Assembly (NCBI GenBank): GCA_963669175.1
Contig: OY769902.1
Location: 288,001 to 352,000 of the forward strand
Origin: a bacterium
GTDB lineage: Bacteria > Electryoneota > Electryoneia > Electryoneales > Electryoneaceae
Direction of reading: 5' to 3'
DNA length: 64,000 bases
A program made the position numbers and the translations under genes. Below are positions 51,071 through 59,955 of this stretch, in pieces (the stretch's first letter is position 1; every line of letters begins with the position of its first letter). The notes beneath the pieces are model-generated. The model saw only the letters and a list, made by a program, of their open reading frames with translations. It did not search any database and was not told where the DNA came from.

Positions 51071-51870
51071 TGAAGAGCTGGGGGCGATGGATTTGCGCTA
51101 TTCTTGGCGCACTGCTGTTGGTAACTGTTGGCATGACTGCAACCGGCCGCCTGGACCCGGCCGAAGCGGATTCGCTGGCCGCACTGACCGATGACCCACT
51201 GGTCAAGGCCGACCTGTTCTGCGATTCATGGCAAAGTGAAAAAGCCATTGAAGTATTGGAAGCATCGGGACGCGAAGACGCGGAAACCCTGTGGCGGCTG
51301 GCGCGTTCACGCATCGACATCGCCGAGATGTATGGCGAAGACCGTGAAGACGCCGCCCTGCGTCTCTACGAACAGGCCAAAGAAGAAGCCGAAAAAGCTG
51401 TAGAACTGGAACCGAACAATGCCCTGGCGCAGCAGACTCTGGCCATCGCCTGCGGACGTGTGGCCCTGTTCAAAGGCGTTTTCTCCTCTATCGGCCTGGT
51501 CAAGCAAGTACGCCAAGCCTGCCTCACTGCCATTGCTACCGGCGATTCCATCCCGATTACGTTGTATGTATATGGACGTACCCATAAAAAACTGATCGAA
51601 AAGTCCGCTTTTGTGCGTGTCCCCATGGGACTGGGCTGGGCGAAAGATGACAGCGTGGAATACTATTTTGACCGCGCCCTCGAAGTCTCCGGCGGGAATA
51701 TGATTCAGTGCAAGGTTGAATACGCTGATTTCCTGCTCTCCGAAAAGAAGGACAAGGACAAAGCCCGCAAGATGCTGATGGAAGTGCAGCAGATGCCTTT
51801 ACGTGATGAGAATGACCCCAAAGCGGTCGAGTGGGCACGAGAGCTTATTGACGAGCATTTCAGCGAGTGA
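51070..51870 (+). CDS. secreted TPR-like helical protein
   Basis: Signal peptide; LWRLAR, AEKAVELEPNN; coupled to upstream gene. Confidence 0.7.
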   Translation: MKSWGRWICAILGALLLVTVGMTATGRLDPAEADSLAALTDDPLVKADLFCDSWQSEKAIEVLEASGREDAETLWRLARSRIDIAEMYGEDREDAALRLYEQAKEEAEKAVELEPNNALAQQTLAIACGRVALFKGVFSSIGLVKQVRQACLTAIATGDSIPITLYVYGRTHKKLIEKSAFVRVPMGLGWAKDDSVEYYFDRALEVSGGNMIQCKVEYADFLLSEKKDKDKARKMLMEVQQMPLRDENDPKAVEWARELIDEHFSE

Positions 51871-51975
51871 TCCGTTACATTCCTTAGTCGAAAAAACGGG
51901 ACAGACCACTTGGGGTCAGTCCCCGTTTTTCCTCTTTATTACAATCGACCTGGACGTAAGGATCTAATTCGATGG

Positions 51976-52261
51976 TAAATGGGGACTGCCACCCTTTTCG
52001 CCTGCGAATATACCAGGTATTGTTCACCATGTTTCATTTATACATAAAACATTGATCGCCAGGAAAACATGTTGCGAAAAGGTGGCTATCCCGGCATTTC
52101 CCAGCCAGGAACCATCTTACAGAGCAGGCGAAAAATCTGGTACAGTTACCTTTTCATTAATACTGGTTTGACTGTCCTGCATTCGAAAGCACGAAAAGGT
52201 AACAGTCCCATTTTTCGCCTTCTTACCCATCAAAGTAGCGAGGAACCAACAATTCCTTTTA
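51976..52261. repeat. degenerate cluster of AAAAGG..CCTTTT / GGGAC REP-like palindromes
   Basis: e.g. CGAAAAGGTAACAGTCCCATTTTTCG, GGGGACTGCCACCCTTTTCG. Confidence 0.6.
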
Positions 52262-52293
52262 CTGTACCTTGTCAGTAGGGAGGCATAAAAAGC

Positions 52294-55143
52294 ATGAGTG
52301 ACAAGCCCGCCGAAGTGACGCCCGATCCCGAAAACATGACCCAGCTCGAGAAAGACCGGCAATGGGTCAAGGAAGTCTACCAGGGCAATATTCCCCAACT
52401 AACCGTACGCGCCATTATCACCGGTCTGTTGCTAGGCTGGGTCATGGCGTTGGCGAACCTGTACGTCGGATTAAAATCCGGCTGGGGCATCGGGGTGGAA
52501 GTAACCTCGGTTATCCTGGCATTTGCGATCTGGAAAGGCATCGAAGGTATCCGCCTGACCAAGCGTCCGCTTCACATGCTGGAAAACAACATCATCATGA
52601 CCTCAGCGGTCACCCCGAGTTACATCGTTTCCGCCGGGCTGGTTTCTTCTATTCCGGCCATGATGATGCTCGATCCGAATTTCTCGATCAAGTGGTGGCA
52701 GCTTGCCATCTTCCTGCAGGTGACCCTGTTGCTGGGTATGATTGTCGCGGTGCCGATCAAACGCCAGATCGTAAACTCCGGCGAGCTTCCCTTCCCGGCG
52801 GCAATTCCCACAGCAGAAACACTCAAGAGCATCTATTCCAAAGGCGCCGGAGCCATGCAGAAGGCTGCGTCCCTGTTCGTTGCAGCTTTAATCGGAGTTG
52901 CAGACCAGGTGCTGGTGAATGTCGGCATCATGACCGCCTTCATCACCAGCGGTGCGCTTCGTATCGGCAAGATCGGCATGTCCAAACTGACCCTCGGCAT
53001 GGACACCAGCCTGTTGTTTGTCGGTATCGGCGCGTTTATAGGCCCACGCATCGGCCTGACCATGCTGGTCGGCATGATCCTGAACTTTGCCGTGCTCGGC
53101 CCCTGGATGATTCACAAAAAGGAAATCGTCCACGACGCCCCGGCCCTGTCCAGCCAGACGATTCTCGAATTCCCGATGACCATCCCGGCGGGAAGCGAAC
53201 TGGCTTTCGAAACCGAAGAAGCGATTAACGGCCCGGAAATGCAGGACGGCACAGAGACCCTGCGTATCAGTAAATCCTGGGTAAATGACTATACCTATAC
53301 CAGTCTCGATGAACTACTGGCAGACCTGAACGGCCTGCTTATTCACCCGTCACAGATCGCCAACCCGATGGAGTTGGTCACCTGGCTGAACGCTGGTGAT
53401 GCACCACTGGCAGCCCACCTGAAAGCTCATCTGAGCGAAGCAACCCTGGCTGCCATGGAAGAAAACGATCCCGAATTCCCTCCGGGCGACGAGCTGATCC
53501 GTTCGATCACCACAGACTTGAATGCAACCCTGTTCGTACAGGGCTTGTACAATGCGAGCTGGTTCCCCTGTACGAGTCGTTTGCCGGAAACCACGCTTCT
53601 CCTTGAAACTCGCGCCGCATTGCTGGATACCAGCGAAGAAAAGGATCTCAACGGCCAGAACCTGATCACGATGAACCGTCTGCTGCTCGACGAAGGTCTG
53701 GCAGGAATGCTGACCGGGGCCAAAGACCTGGCACATGACAGCGAAAACTCGCTGCCAATGGTTCTGCATTTTGAGGCCGGCGACATGGGTGTGCAGACCG
53801 GCGAAAACCCGGTGCCACTACTGCCCGGCATCCCGGTCAAAAAAATTGATCCAATCGTTGAGAAGGCCAAGCAACTTCGTGTCAGCGCTCCGGAATTGAC
53901 CGGTTGGGAATCAAAATTAGCCGTAGTTACCTCGGCTGATAAGTTCGGTGAAGATTTTAATGCCAGTCTCGACGCAGCCAATTCAGACCTGTCGGCTTCC
54001 GGCGACTTTGTCATCACCCAGGAAGCGACTGCACTGGCGTTGAAGAAGCTGTATCCGGAAAACATGCCGGTTGCCTTGATGCTCGGCTTCCTGCCGGATG
54101 ACGCTCACGGCACCAGCATGCGAGTGGTCGGCGGCTACCGTAACATCGTAGCCTGGACCATGTGGCCCGCGGTTGGTATGATGGTTATGGCCGGTTTGCT
54201 GGCCTTTGCTTTCCAGTACAAGACCATCGCCCACACCTTCAAGGGCCTGTTTGCGAAGAAGCAAGCGTCGGCTGACGGTGAAGAAGAAGATCCGCTGGAC
54301 GGTATCGAAATTCCGATGAAATGGTTTGTGATCGGGTTCATCATCTTCGGCATCCTGGCTATCATTACCATGCTCTGGATCTTCGACATTCCGATCTGGA
54401 TGGGTATTATCGCCGTGATCATGAGTTTCTTCCTGGCGATGGTGGCGGTGCGTGCGTCCGGCGAAACGGGCATCATCCCCATCGGCGCCATGGGTAAAGT
54501 GACCCAGTTGACATTCGGTGTTCTGCATCCGGGAAGCATCAAGACCAACCTGATGACAGCCAGTGTGACCGCCGGAGCAGCGACTTCCGCCGGTGACATG
54601 TGCAACCAGCTCAAGGTCGGGCACCTGATCGGCGCAAAGGCGCGTCACCAGTTCATCGCCCAGATGATCGGTATTATCAGTTCTATCGCGGTTGTCCCGG
54701 TATTCTTCATCATGGTGCCGGATCGTACCGCCTTGGGAACGGCCGCATTGCCGGCGCCATCCGCTGTGGTCTGGGCCGGTGTGGCGCGTCTGCTAAGCCA
54801 GGGCATTGACACCTTGCCAAAATCGGCTGTCGTAGCGCTGGCGGTAGGTTCGCTGTTCGGTGTGGCGATTGCTTTCCTTGAAAAGCTGTATCCCAAATGC
54901 CGCCGTTGGGTTTGGCTACCCTCGCCTGCTGCGATGGGTATCGCCATGATCGTCCCGGCTCAGTATTCGCTGTCCATGTTCATAGGCGCTATGGCCGCAT
55001 TAATCCTGGAAAAGGTCGCGCCGAAGACCAACGACATGTACACCATCCCGGTAGCCAGCGGCTTTATCGCTGGTGAAGCCCTGACTGGCGTGGCGATCGC
55101 GATTATCGCTGTCCTCACTGGAGGCCTGTTTATCTTCGGATAA
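52294..55143 (+). CDS. OPT/YSL family oligopeptide transporter with large insertion
   Basis: QLTVRAII, NLYVGLKSGW, LENNI, PAPSAVVW. Confidence 0.9.
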   Translation: MSDKPAEVTPDPENMTQLEKDRQWVKEVYQGNIPQLTVRAIITGLLLGWVMALANLYVGLKSGWGIGVEVTSVILAFAIWKGIEGIRLTKRPLHMLENNIIMTSAVTPSYIVSAGLVSSIPAMMMLDPNFSIKWWQLAIFLQVTLLLGMIVAVPIKRQIVNSGELPFPAAIPTAETLKSIYSKGAGAMQKAASLFVAALIGVADQVLVNVGIMTAFITSGALRIGKIGMSKLTLGMDTSLLFVGIGAFIGPRIGLTMLVGMILNFAVLGPWMIHKKEIVHDAPALSSQTILEFPMTIPAGSELAFETEEAINGPEMQDGTETLRISKSWVNDYTYTSLDELLADLNGLLIHPSQIANPMELVTWLNAGDAPLAAHLKAHLSEATLAAMEENDPEFPPGDELIRSITTDLNATLFVQGLYNASWFPCTSRLPETTLLLETRAALLDTSEEKDLNGQNLITMNRLLLDEGLAGMLTGAKDLAHDSENSLPMVLHFEAGDMGVQTGENPVPLLPGIPVKKIDPIVEKAKQLRVSAPELTGWESKLAVVTSADKFGEDFNASLDAANSDLSASGDFVITQEATALALKKLYPENMPVALMLGFLPDDAHGTSMRVVGGYRNIVAWTMWPAVGMMVMAGLLAFAFQYKTIAHTFKGLFAKKQASADGEEEDPLDGIEIPMKWFVIGFIIFGILAIITMLWIFDIPIWMGIIAVIMSFFLAMVAVRASGETGIIPIGAMGKVTQLTFGVLHPGSIKTNLMTASVTAGAATSAGDMCNQLKVGHLIGAKARHQFIAQMIGIISSIAVVPVFFIMVPDRTALGTAALPAPSAVVWAGVARLLSQGIDTLPKSAVVALAVGSLFGVAIAFLEKLYPKCRRWVWLPSPAAMGIAMIVPAQYSLSMFIGAMAALILEKVAPKTNDMYTIPVASGFIAGEALTGVAIAIIAVLTGGLFIFG

Positions 55144-55164
55144 AGCCCCAAGCCTGTTGATATC

Positions 55165-55196
55165 AAAGGGGAAGGCCTTATTGGCTTTCCCCTTTT
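55165..55196 (+). terminator. probable terminator
   Basis: AAAGGGGAAGGCC..GGCTTTCCCCTTTT hairpin. Confidence 0.6.
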
Positions 55197-55291
55197 GTAT
55201 GTACTCGCCGGACAGGAATCGCAATACCTGCGATATAGGGTAAACACCCCGTCACGCATATATTATCAGGTAAGAACGAAAGGATTCATGT

Positions 55292-55870
55292 ATGCGAATT
55301 CTAGCCTGTGATGACGACCATTTAATGCGTACGATTGTTGCGGATTGGCTAACGAACCTGGGACATGAAGTTGTTACTGCGGAAGATGGTTTACGTGCAT
55401 GGGTCCGTTACAATGAGGAACACTATCCTGTAATTATTTCCGACGTGATGATGCCCAACATGAACGGCTATGAACTCTGCAAAAAGGTTCGCGCCGCCAA
55501 CCATGAAAAATACACCTACATCATTGTCCTGACCGCCCTTGAAGGAAAAGACAGCTACCTGAAAGCACTGCATGCCGGGGCGGATGACTTCATCAACAAA
55601 CCCTTCGATGAAGCTATCCTGGAAGCACGTCTTGAAGTCGCCCAGCGTATCCTGAAATTACAGACTACAGTAAAACAGCTTGAGGGACTGCTGCCCGTCT
55701 GCTCTTACTGCAAACGCATCCGTAAAGACGATGAAGAGCATAACCACACCGAATGGGTTGCGATTGATTCGTATATCCAGGAAAAGGCGAATGTGGACTT
55801 TTCGCACGGCGTCTGCCCGGATTGTTACAACGCGATCATCCGTCCGCAGTTGGGGGACGAGGACGACTGA
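55292..55870 (+). CDS. response regulator receiver with C-terminal CxxC...CxxC domain
   Basis: DDD, SDVMMP, KPF; CSYCKRIR...SHGVCPDC. Confidence 0.9.
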   Translation: MRILACDDDHLMRTIVADWLTNLGHEVVTAEDGLRAWVRYNEEHYPVIISDVMMPNMNGYELCKKVRAANHEKYTYIIVLTALEGKDSYLKALHAGADDFINKPFDEAILEARLEVAQRILKLQTTVKQLEGLLPVCSYCKRIRKDDEEHNHTEWVAIDSYIQEKANVDFSHGVCPDCYNAIIRPQLGDEDD

Positions 55871-56034
55871 TTGAATCCGGAACGTATCTGTATTTGAAGC
55901 AAACCGCAGTGCATTGTTTCACACCCCGGCTTCGCGAGTGCTGAAATTCATTCGACCGTTTGGCTTGACTGCTTGCTGTCGGGTTTCAATCCGCGGCCAG
56001 ACTACTCCCATTGTCACAACGAGATGTTACCACG

Positions 56035-56246
56035 AAAAGGGGACGGGATCCTTTTCCCCGCTTATTTGCCGAACACTCTCGCTGACCTTGCGGAAAAGGA
56101 AACTGTACCCTTTTCGCAGTGACAAAACCTTATCACAGGAAACAGAATAGAGCGTTGTACTTCTTCACAGGCAAAAGGGAACAGCCACCTTTTCAATTCA
56201 CCGCATCACACAGTATTGCATCGCTTCACAACGAAAAGGAAACTGT
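56035..56246. repeat. REP-like element C (inverted copy), fourth palindrome split by IS110
   Basis: Palindromes at 56035, 56094, 56173, 56234; remainder at 57720-57732. Confidence 0.85.
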
Positions 56247-56356
56247 TATAATGCATAAGTAGAAGCAGCCAACCTCGACGCAGCACACATGTCGGGCTAA
56301 CTTGTGTTAAAGGCGTAACACGAGGTTACCCGTAGTACTTACACGAGGAGGTTGGC

Positions 56357-57403
56357 ATGCAGGCAGTATACTACATCGGTCTGGACGTACACAAGAAGAA
56401 GATTGCGTATTGTATTCAAACGTCGGCAGGTAAGATAGTTGACCAGGGCATGGTTGCATCCACCCGTCCTGCTCTTTCAAACTGGGTTGCGAAGTTACCG
56501 ACTCCCTGGGCGGCGGCGATGGAAGCGACGTTGTTTACAGGCTGGATTTATGATTTTCTGAAGCCGCATGCATCGGCACTGAAGGTGGCACACCCGGCGA
56601 TGCTGAAGGCGATTACGGCGGCGAAGAAAAAGAATGACAAGGATGACGCCAAACGTATCGCAGATCTGCTCCGTATCGACCTGTTGCCGGAATGTTACAT
56701 GGCACCATCAGATATCCGTGAGCTACGCCGTGTGCTGCGATTTCGCAACAAAATCGTCCGGCATGCCGTGAGCCTGAAGAACAAGACGGCCGGATTACTG
56801 ATGGAAGTGGGCGCTGAGTATTCGAAAAGGCGTCTACATGGCAAACGCTACTTCCATGAATTGCTCATTGAACTTGATACGCTGGATGAGATTCCGACCA
56901 CTGTGGTTGAGATGTTGCGAATGAATCGTGCCGGCCTTGAGCTGTTTGAGACGCTGCAACTTCAACTGGTTAAGGCGCTGGCTACGCATTCGCTGTTGGC
57001 AGATCGGGTGAAGTTGTTGATGACGATCCGTGGCATTGGTGTGATGACCGCGCTGACATGGGCGTTGGAAGTGGGTGAAGTGGAACGGTTTGCCAGTATT
57101 TCCAAGGCAATCAGTTACTGCGGTTTGTGTAGTGCGCAGCAGGAATCAGCGGGAAAAACGAAACGGGGACCGTTGTCCAAGAAACGAAACAAACATTTGC
57201 AGACGAAACTGATCGAAGCGGCGAAGCTGGCGCCACAGTGGCATCCAGAGCTGCAGATTGTGCATGACCGTGAACTGGCACGCAGCAATCCCAACCGGGC
57301 AACATTAGCGGTAGCACGAAAGCTGGTAGCTTATCTGATGGCGGTTGATCGACGGGGAACGCCGTTTGTTCAAGCCGACACGACAACAGAACTTGTAAAC
57401 TAA
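56357..57403 (+). CDS. IS110-family DEDD recombinase/transposase
   Basis: IGLDVHK, MEAT, KNDKDDA (DEDD); IRGIG; ESAGK serine motif. Confidence 0.95.
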   Translation: MQAVYYIGLDVHKKKIAYCIQTSAGKIVDQGMVASTRPALSNWVAKLPTPWAAAMEATLFTGWIYDFLKPHASALKVAHPAMLKAITAAKKKNDKDDAKRIADLLRIDLLPECYMAPSDIRELRRVLRFRNKIVRHAVSLKNKTAGLLMEVGAEYSKRRLHGKRYFHELLIELDTLDEIPTTVVEMLRMNRAGLELFETLQLQLVKALATHSLLADRVKLLMTIRGIGVMTALTWALEVGEVERFASISKAISYCGLCSAQQESAGKTKRGPLSKKRNKHLQTKLIEAAKLAPQWHPELQIVHDRELARSNPNRATLAVARKLVAYLMAVDRRGTPFVQADTTTELVN

Positions 57404-57429
57404 CATTCTATGCCACAACGCGTATTGTA

Positions 57430-57600
57430 AACCGGACCTGCCCGCCAGGCCTCACGAAACAGGGGACTATGCTTCGGGCATCCTTGAAACTGTTTAGAGG
57501 CTGGTCGGGTGATCCCTAACTTCATCTTCTGTGACGGGCCATATGGCCCCGAGACAGACCATGAATGTCTGGCCGTAAGGTCTGTTGGCGGCCCACGCGA
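57430..57600 (+). ncRNA. putative bridge/seek RNA of the IS110 element (boundaries approximate)
   Basis: Stem-enclosed loop with AGGGGAC and GAAACTGT matching both halves of the target; TAAC and CATGAATGT matching the donor junction. Confidence 0.75.
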
Positions 57601-57831
57601 GAGCGAGCAAAGGTCAGGAAAAACGCGTTGAGGAAGAGGTTAGGCATCGTCCTGGTTCAGAGATGAATCAAAGGACTCGGGAAAACTCCGTCTTCCCCTT
57701 GACTCTACTTATCATGAAAGTCCCCTTTTGCTGCCAATATTGGCTCGAGAGCGTAGCGATCTACAAGAATTTCCGGCTTTCGAGCATGCTTCCACCTTGC
57801 GAGATCGTCCTTTCCGCGCCTATTCTGTAAC

Positions 57832-59859
57832 ATGACACGGAAAACGGGACGATCCATCTTACCGGCTTTGATTCAGACCCATCCCGCCTGGGTTCTCTTC
57901 GGGATTGCTTTGTTGCTCCGCATCGTCCAGCTCGTTTTCGTATATCGCCAACCCGGTTTCGATCTTCCGATTGTTGATGAAGTCCATTTTGACATCATGG
58001 CCCGCAACCTCGCGGACGGCACTACGATGCATGACGGTCCCTTCTTCCGTCCGCCGCTCTGGTCCATCCTGCTTGCCGGCCCCTACAAACTATTTGGTCA
58101 GCATTTCTTTCTGGCGAGGTTCCTGAACACCATTCTTGGTTCGCTTGCGGTAACGGCTTCCTTTCGCCTTGGCAAACGTCTGTTTCATCAGCGTGTCGCC
58201 TTTACCGGTGCATTGATCTTTGCCTGCCAGGGGTTCTTCATCCATAACAGCACAACCGGGCTGGCTTCCACCCTGCTGGTCTATCTCAGCCTGGAAGCGT
58301 TGCAGGTTACGTTGTATGCTCGCAATCAAAATCGCCTTCGATACTGGCTTATTGCCGGACTACTGTGGGGACTTGCTGCCATAGCCAAACCGGTCGTGCT
58401 GGTGCCGGTGGTTGTCATTCTCTGTGATACCTTGTTCCGTAAAACAGCAACCGCCGGGTATCGTCAAAAAACGGCCGCGCTGTTTGTGCTTGGGCTGTTG
58501 TTGCCCATTATGCCTGTGACCCTGCGAAACTCGATTTCCGGCGATGCCGTCCTGGTATCTTCCAATGGCGGAATAAATTTGTATATGGGCAACAACGAAC
58601 AGGCGAATGGCGTCATCGTGTTTCATCCTGTCCTTGGCGTGGGCTGGACCGAGACCAATGCGCACTCGTGGGCGGAATCGGAAACCGGATACATGATGAG
58701 TCCGTCCGAAGCTTCATCGTGGTACACACAACAGGCGGTGCAGTTCTGGTTCTATCAGCCCAAACGTGCCTTCAAGCTGATACTGGATAAAGCCTATTAC
58801 ACATTCTCCGGGTTGATCTTCACCAACAATGGGAATCTCGGCTTTTACGCAAAGAGCAATCTTCTTTTACGGTCACTGCTTCCCCTGGGTTGGGGCGCTG
58901 TTTTCCCATTCGCATTGGTCGGCATGGTTCTCGCCTTCCGCAGGTCCGGCAATCATCGCTTGACGATGCTGGTAGCTTTCAGTTACCTGGGAATCTGTAT
59001 TCTCTTTTTTGTGCTGGCCCGTTTCCGGCTTCCAGCGGAAGGTATCCTGGTTCATTTCGCGGCATACACCGGGTGGTTCCTGCTGGGGCGCGAAGAAGTA
59101 ACTCAACAGGCTTCCGGAAAAATTCGCCTGCTGATATCGCTGGTTGTTGTTCTCCTGGCTTTGCCGGTGAATATGAACCTGAAGGGGATGAGCCGTTCCA
59201 TTGATTATGCTCACAGTTATTACCTGAATGGTCAGCTCCTGGCTCGTGAACACCGTTACTCGGAAGCGGCCCAGGCATTTCGTGACGCTATCGCACTGAA
59301 TAAGCGTATCCCACTCAGCTACCTGTATCTCGGGCAGGTTATGATGAAAATGGACAGCACAGAGCAGGCCATAAATTATTTCAAGCATGAAATCGCCACC
59401 TTGCCGAAAACCCAGTATTTCTCTGACCTGGTACTAAATGCTCAAGCCAATCTTGGACGCGCGTATATGAAGGTCGGCGATAAAGCGGAAGCGGAGCGAA
59501 CTTTCCGGGAGGCGCGTCAAATCTATGGTGGTGATCCCGGGGTAAATAAATACCTTACCAGTCTCATACTGGAGCGTACACGTGAAAAGCTAGTGCAAGA
59601 CGACTGGAACACAGCGCTTGAGAACCTTGAAGAAGCTGCCACTATCAACCCAAATGAACCGGCGCTTGCGTTTGCTTTTGCGGTAGCACGGTTCCATACC
59701 GGAAGCCCTGAGCACGCGAACCACATTATGGCTATCATCCTGAAGCATCACCCGGATTACTCGCCAGCTCAACGATGGCGGGATCAGGAGTGGCGCCCCG
59801 ACAGCCATGATATCCAGGAGCTGTTGCTCCCCTTCCTGGATGATGGCGAAAAAAAGTGA
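57832..59859 (+). CDS. GT39/ArnT/PMT-like membrane glycosyltransferase with C-terminal TPRs
   Basis: IVDE..F, FRPPL, NGGINLYMGNN, ARFRLP; TPR tail. Confidence 0.8.
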   Translation: MTRKTGRSILPALIQTHPAWVLFGIALLLRIVQLVFVYRQPGFDLPIVDEVHFDIMARNLADGTTMHDGPFFRPPLWSILLAGPYKLFGQHFFLARFLNTILGSLAVTASFRLGKRLFHQRVAFTGALIFACQGFFIHNSTTGLASTLLVYLSLEALQVTLYARNQNRLRYWLIAGLLWGLAAIAKPVVLVPVVVILCDTLFRKTATAGYRQKTAALFVLGLLLPIMPVTLRNSISGDAVLVSSNGGINLYMGNNEQANGVIVFHPVLGVGWTETNAHSWAESETGYMMSPSEASSWYTQQAVQFWFYQPKRAFKLILDKAYYTFSGLIFTNNGNLGFYAKSNLLLRSLLPLGWGAVFPFALVGMVLAFRRSGNHRLTMLVAFSYLGICILFFVLARFRLPAEGILVHFAAYTGWFLLGREEVTQQASGKIRLLISLVVVLLALPVNMNLKGMSRSIDYAHSYYLNGQLLAREHRYSEAAQAFRDAIALNKRIPLSYLYLGQVMMKMDSTEQAINYFKHEIATLPKTQYFSDLVLNAQANLGRAYMKVGDKAEAERTFREARQIYGGDPGVNKYLTSLILERTREKLVQDDWNTALENLEEAATINPNEPALAFAFAVARFHTGSPEHANHIMAIILKHHPDYSPAQRWRDQEWRPDSHDIQELLLPFLDDGEKK

Positions 59860-59955
59860 AAACTTGCGGATCAGGATTGTGCAGCCAGCTTTACCACACG
59901 TAGTTTCCTTTTTTCCAGAGTCGGAATTCTTAAACAGTTAAACCGGGAGGCAGCC

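Larger units (their letters stand above)
56245..57721 (+). mobile_element. IS110-family (IS1111-type) insertion sequence, complete
   Basis: GT core at both ends; subterminal IR ATAAGTAGA (56255)/TCTACTTAT (57704); long 3' non-coding end; removal restores host palindrome. Confidence 0.9.
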
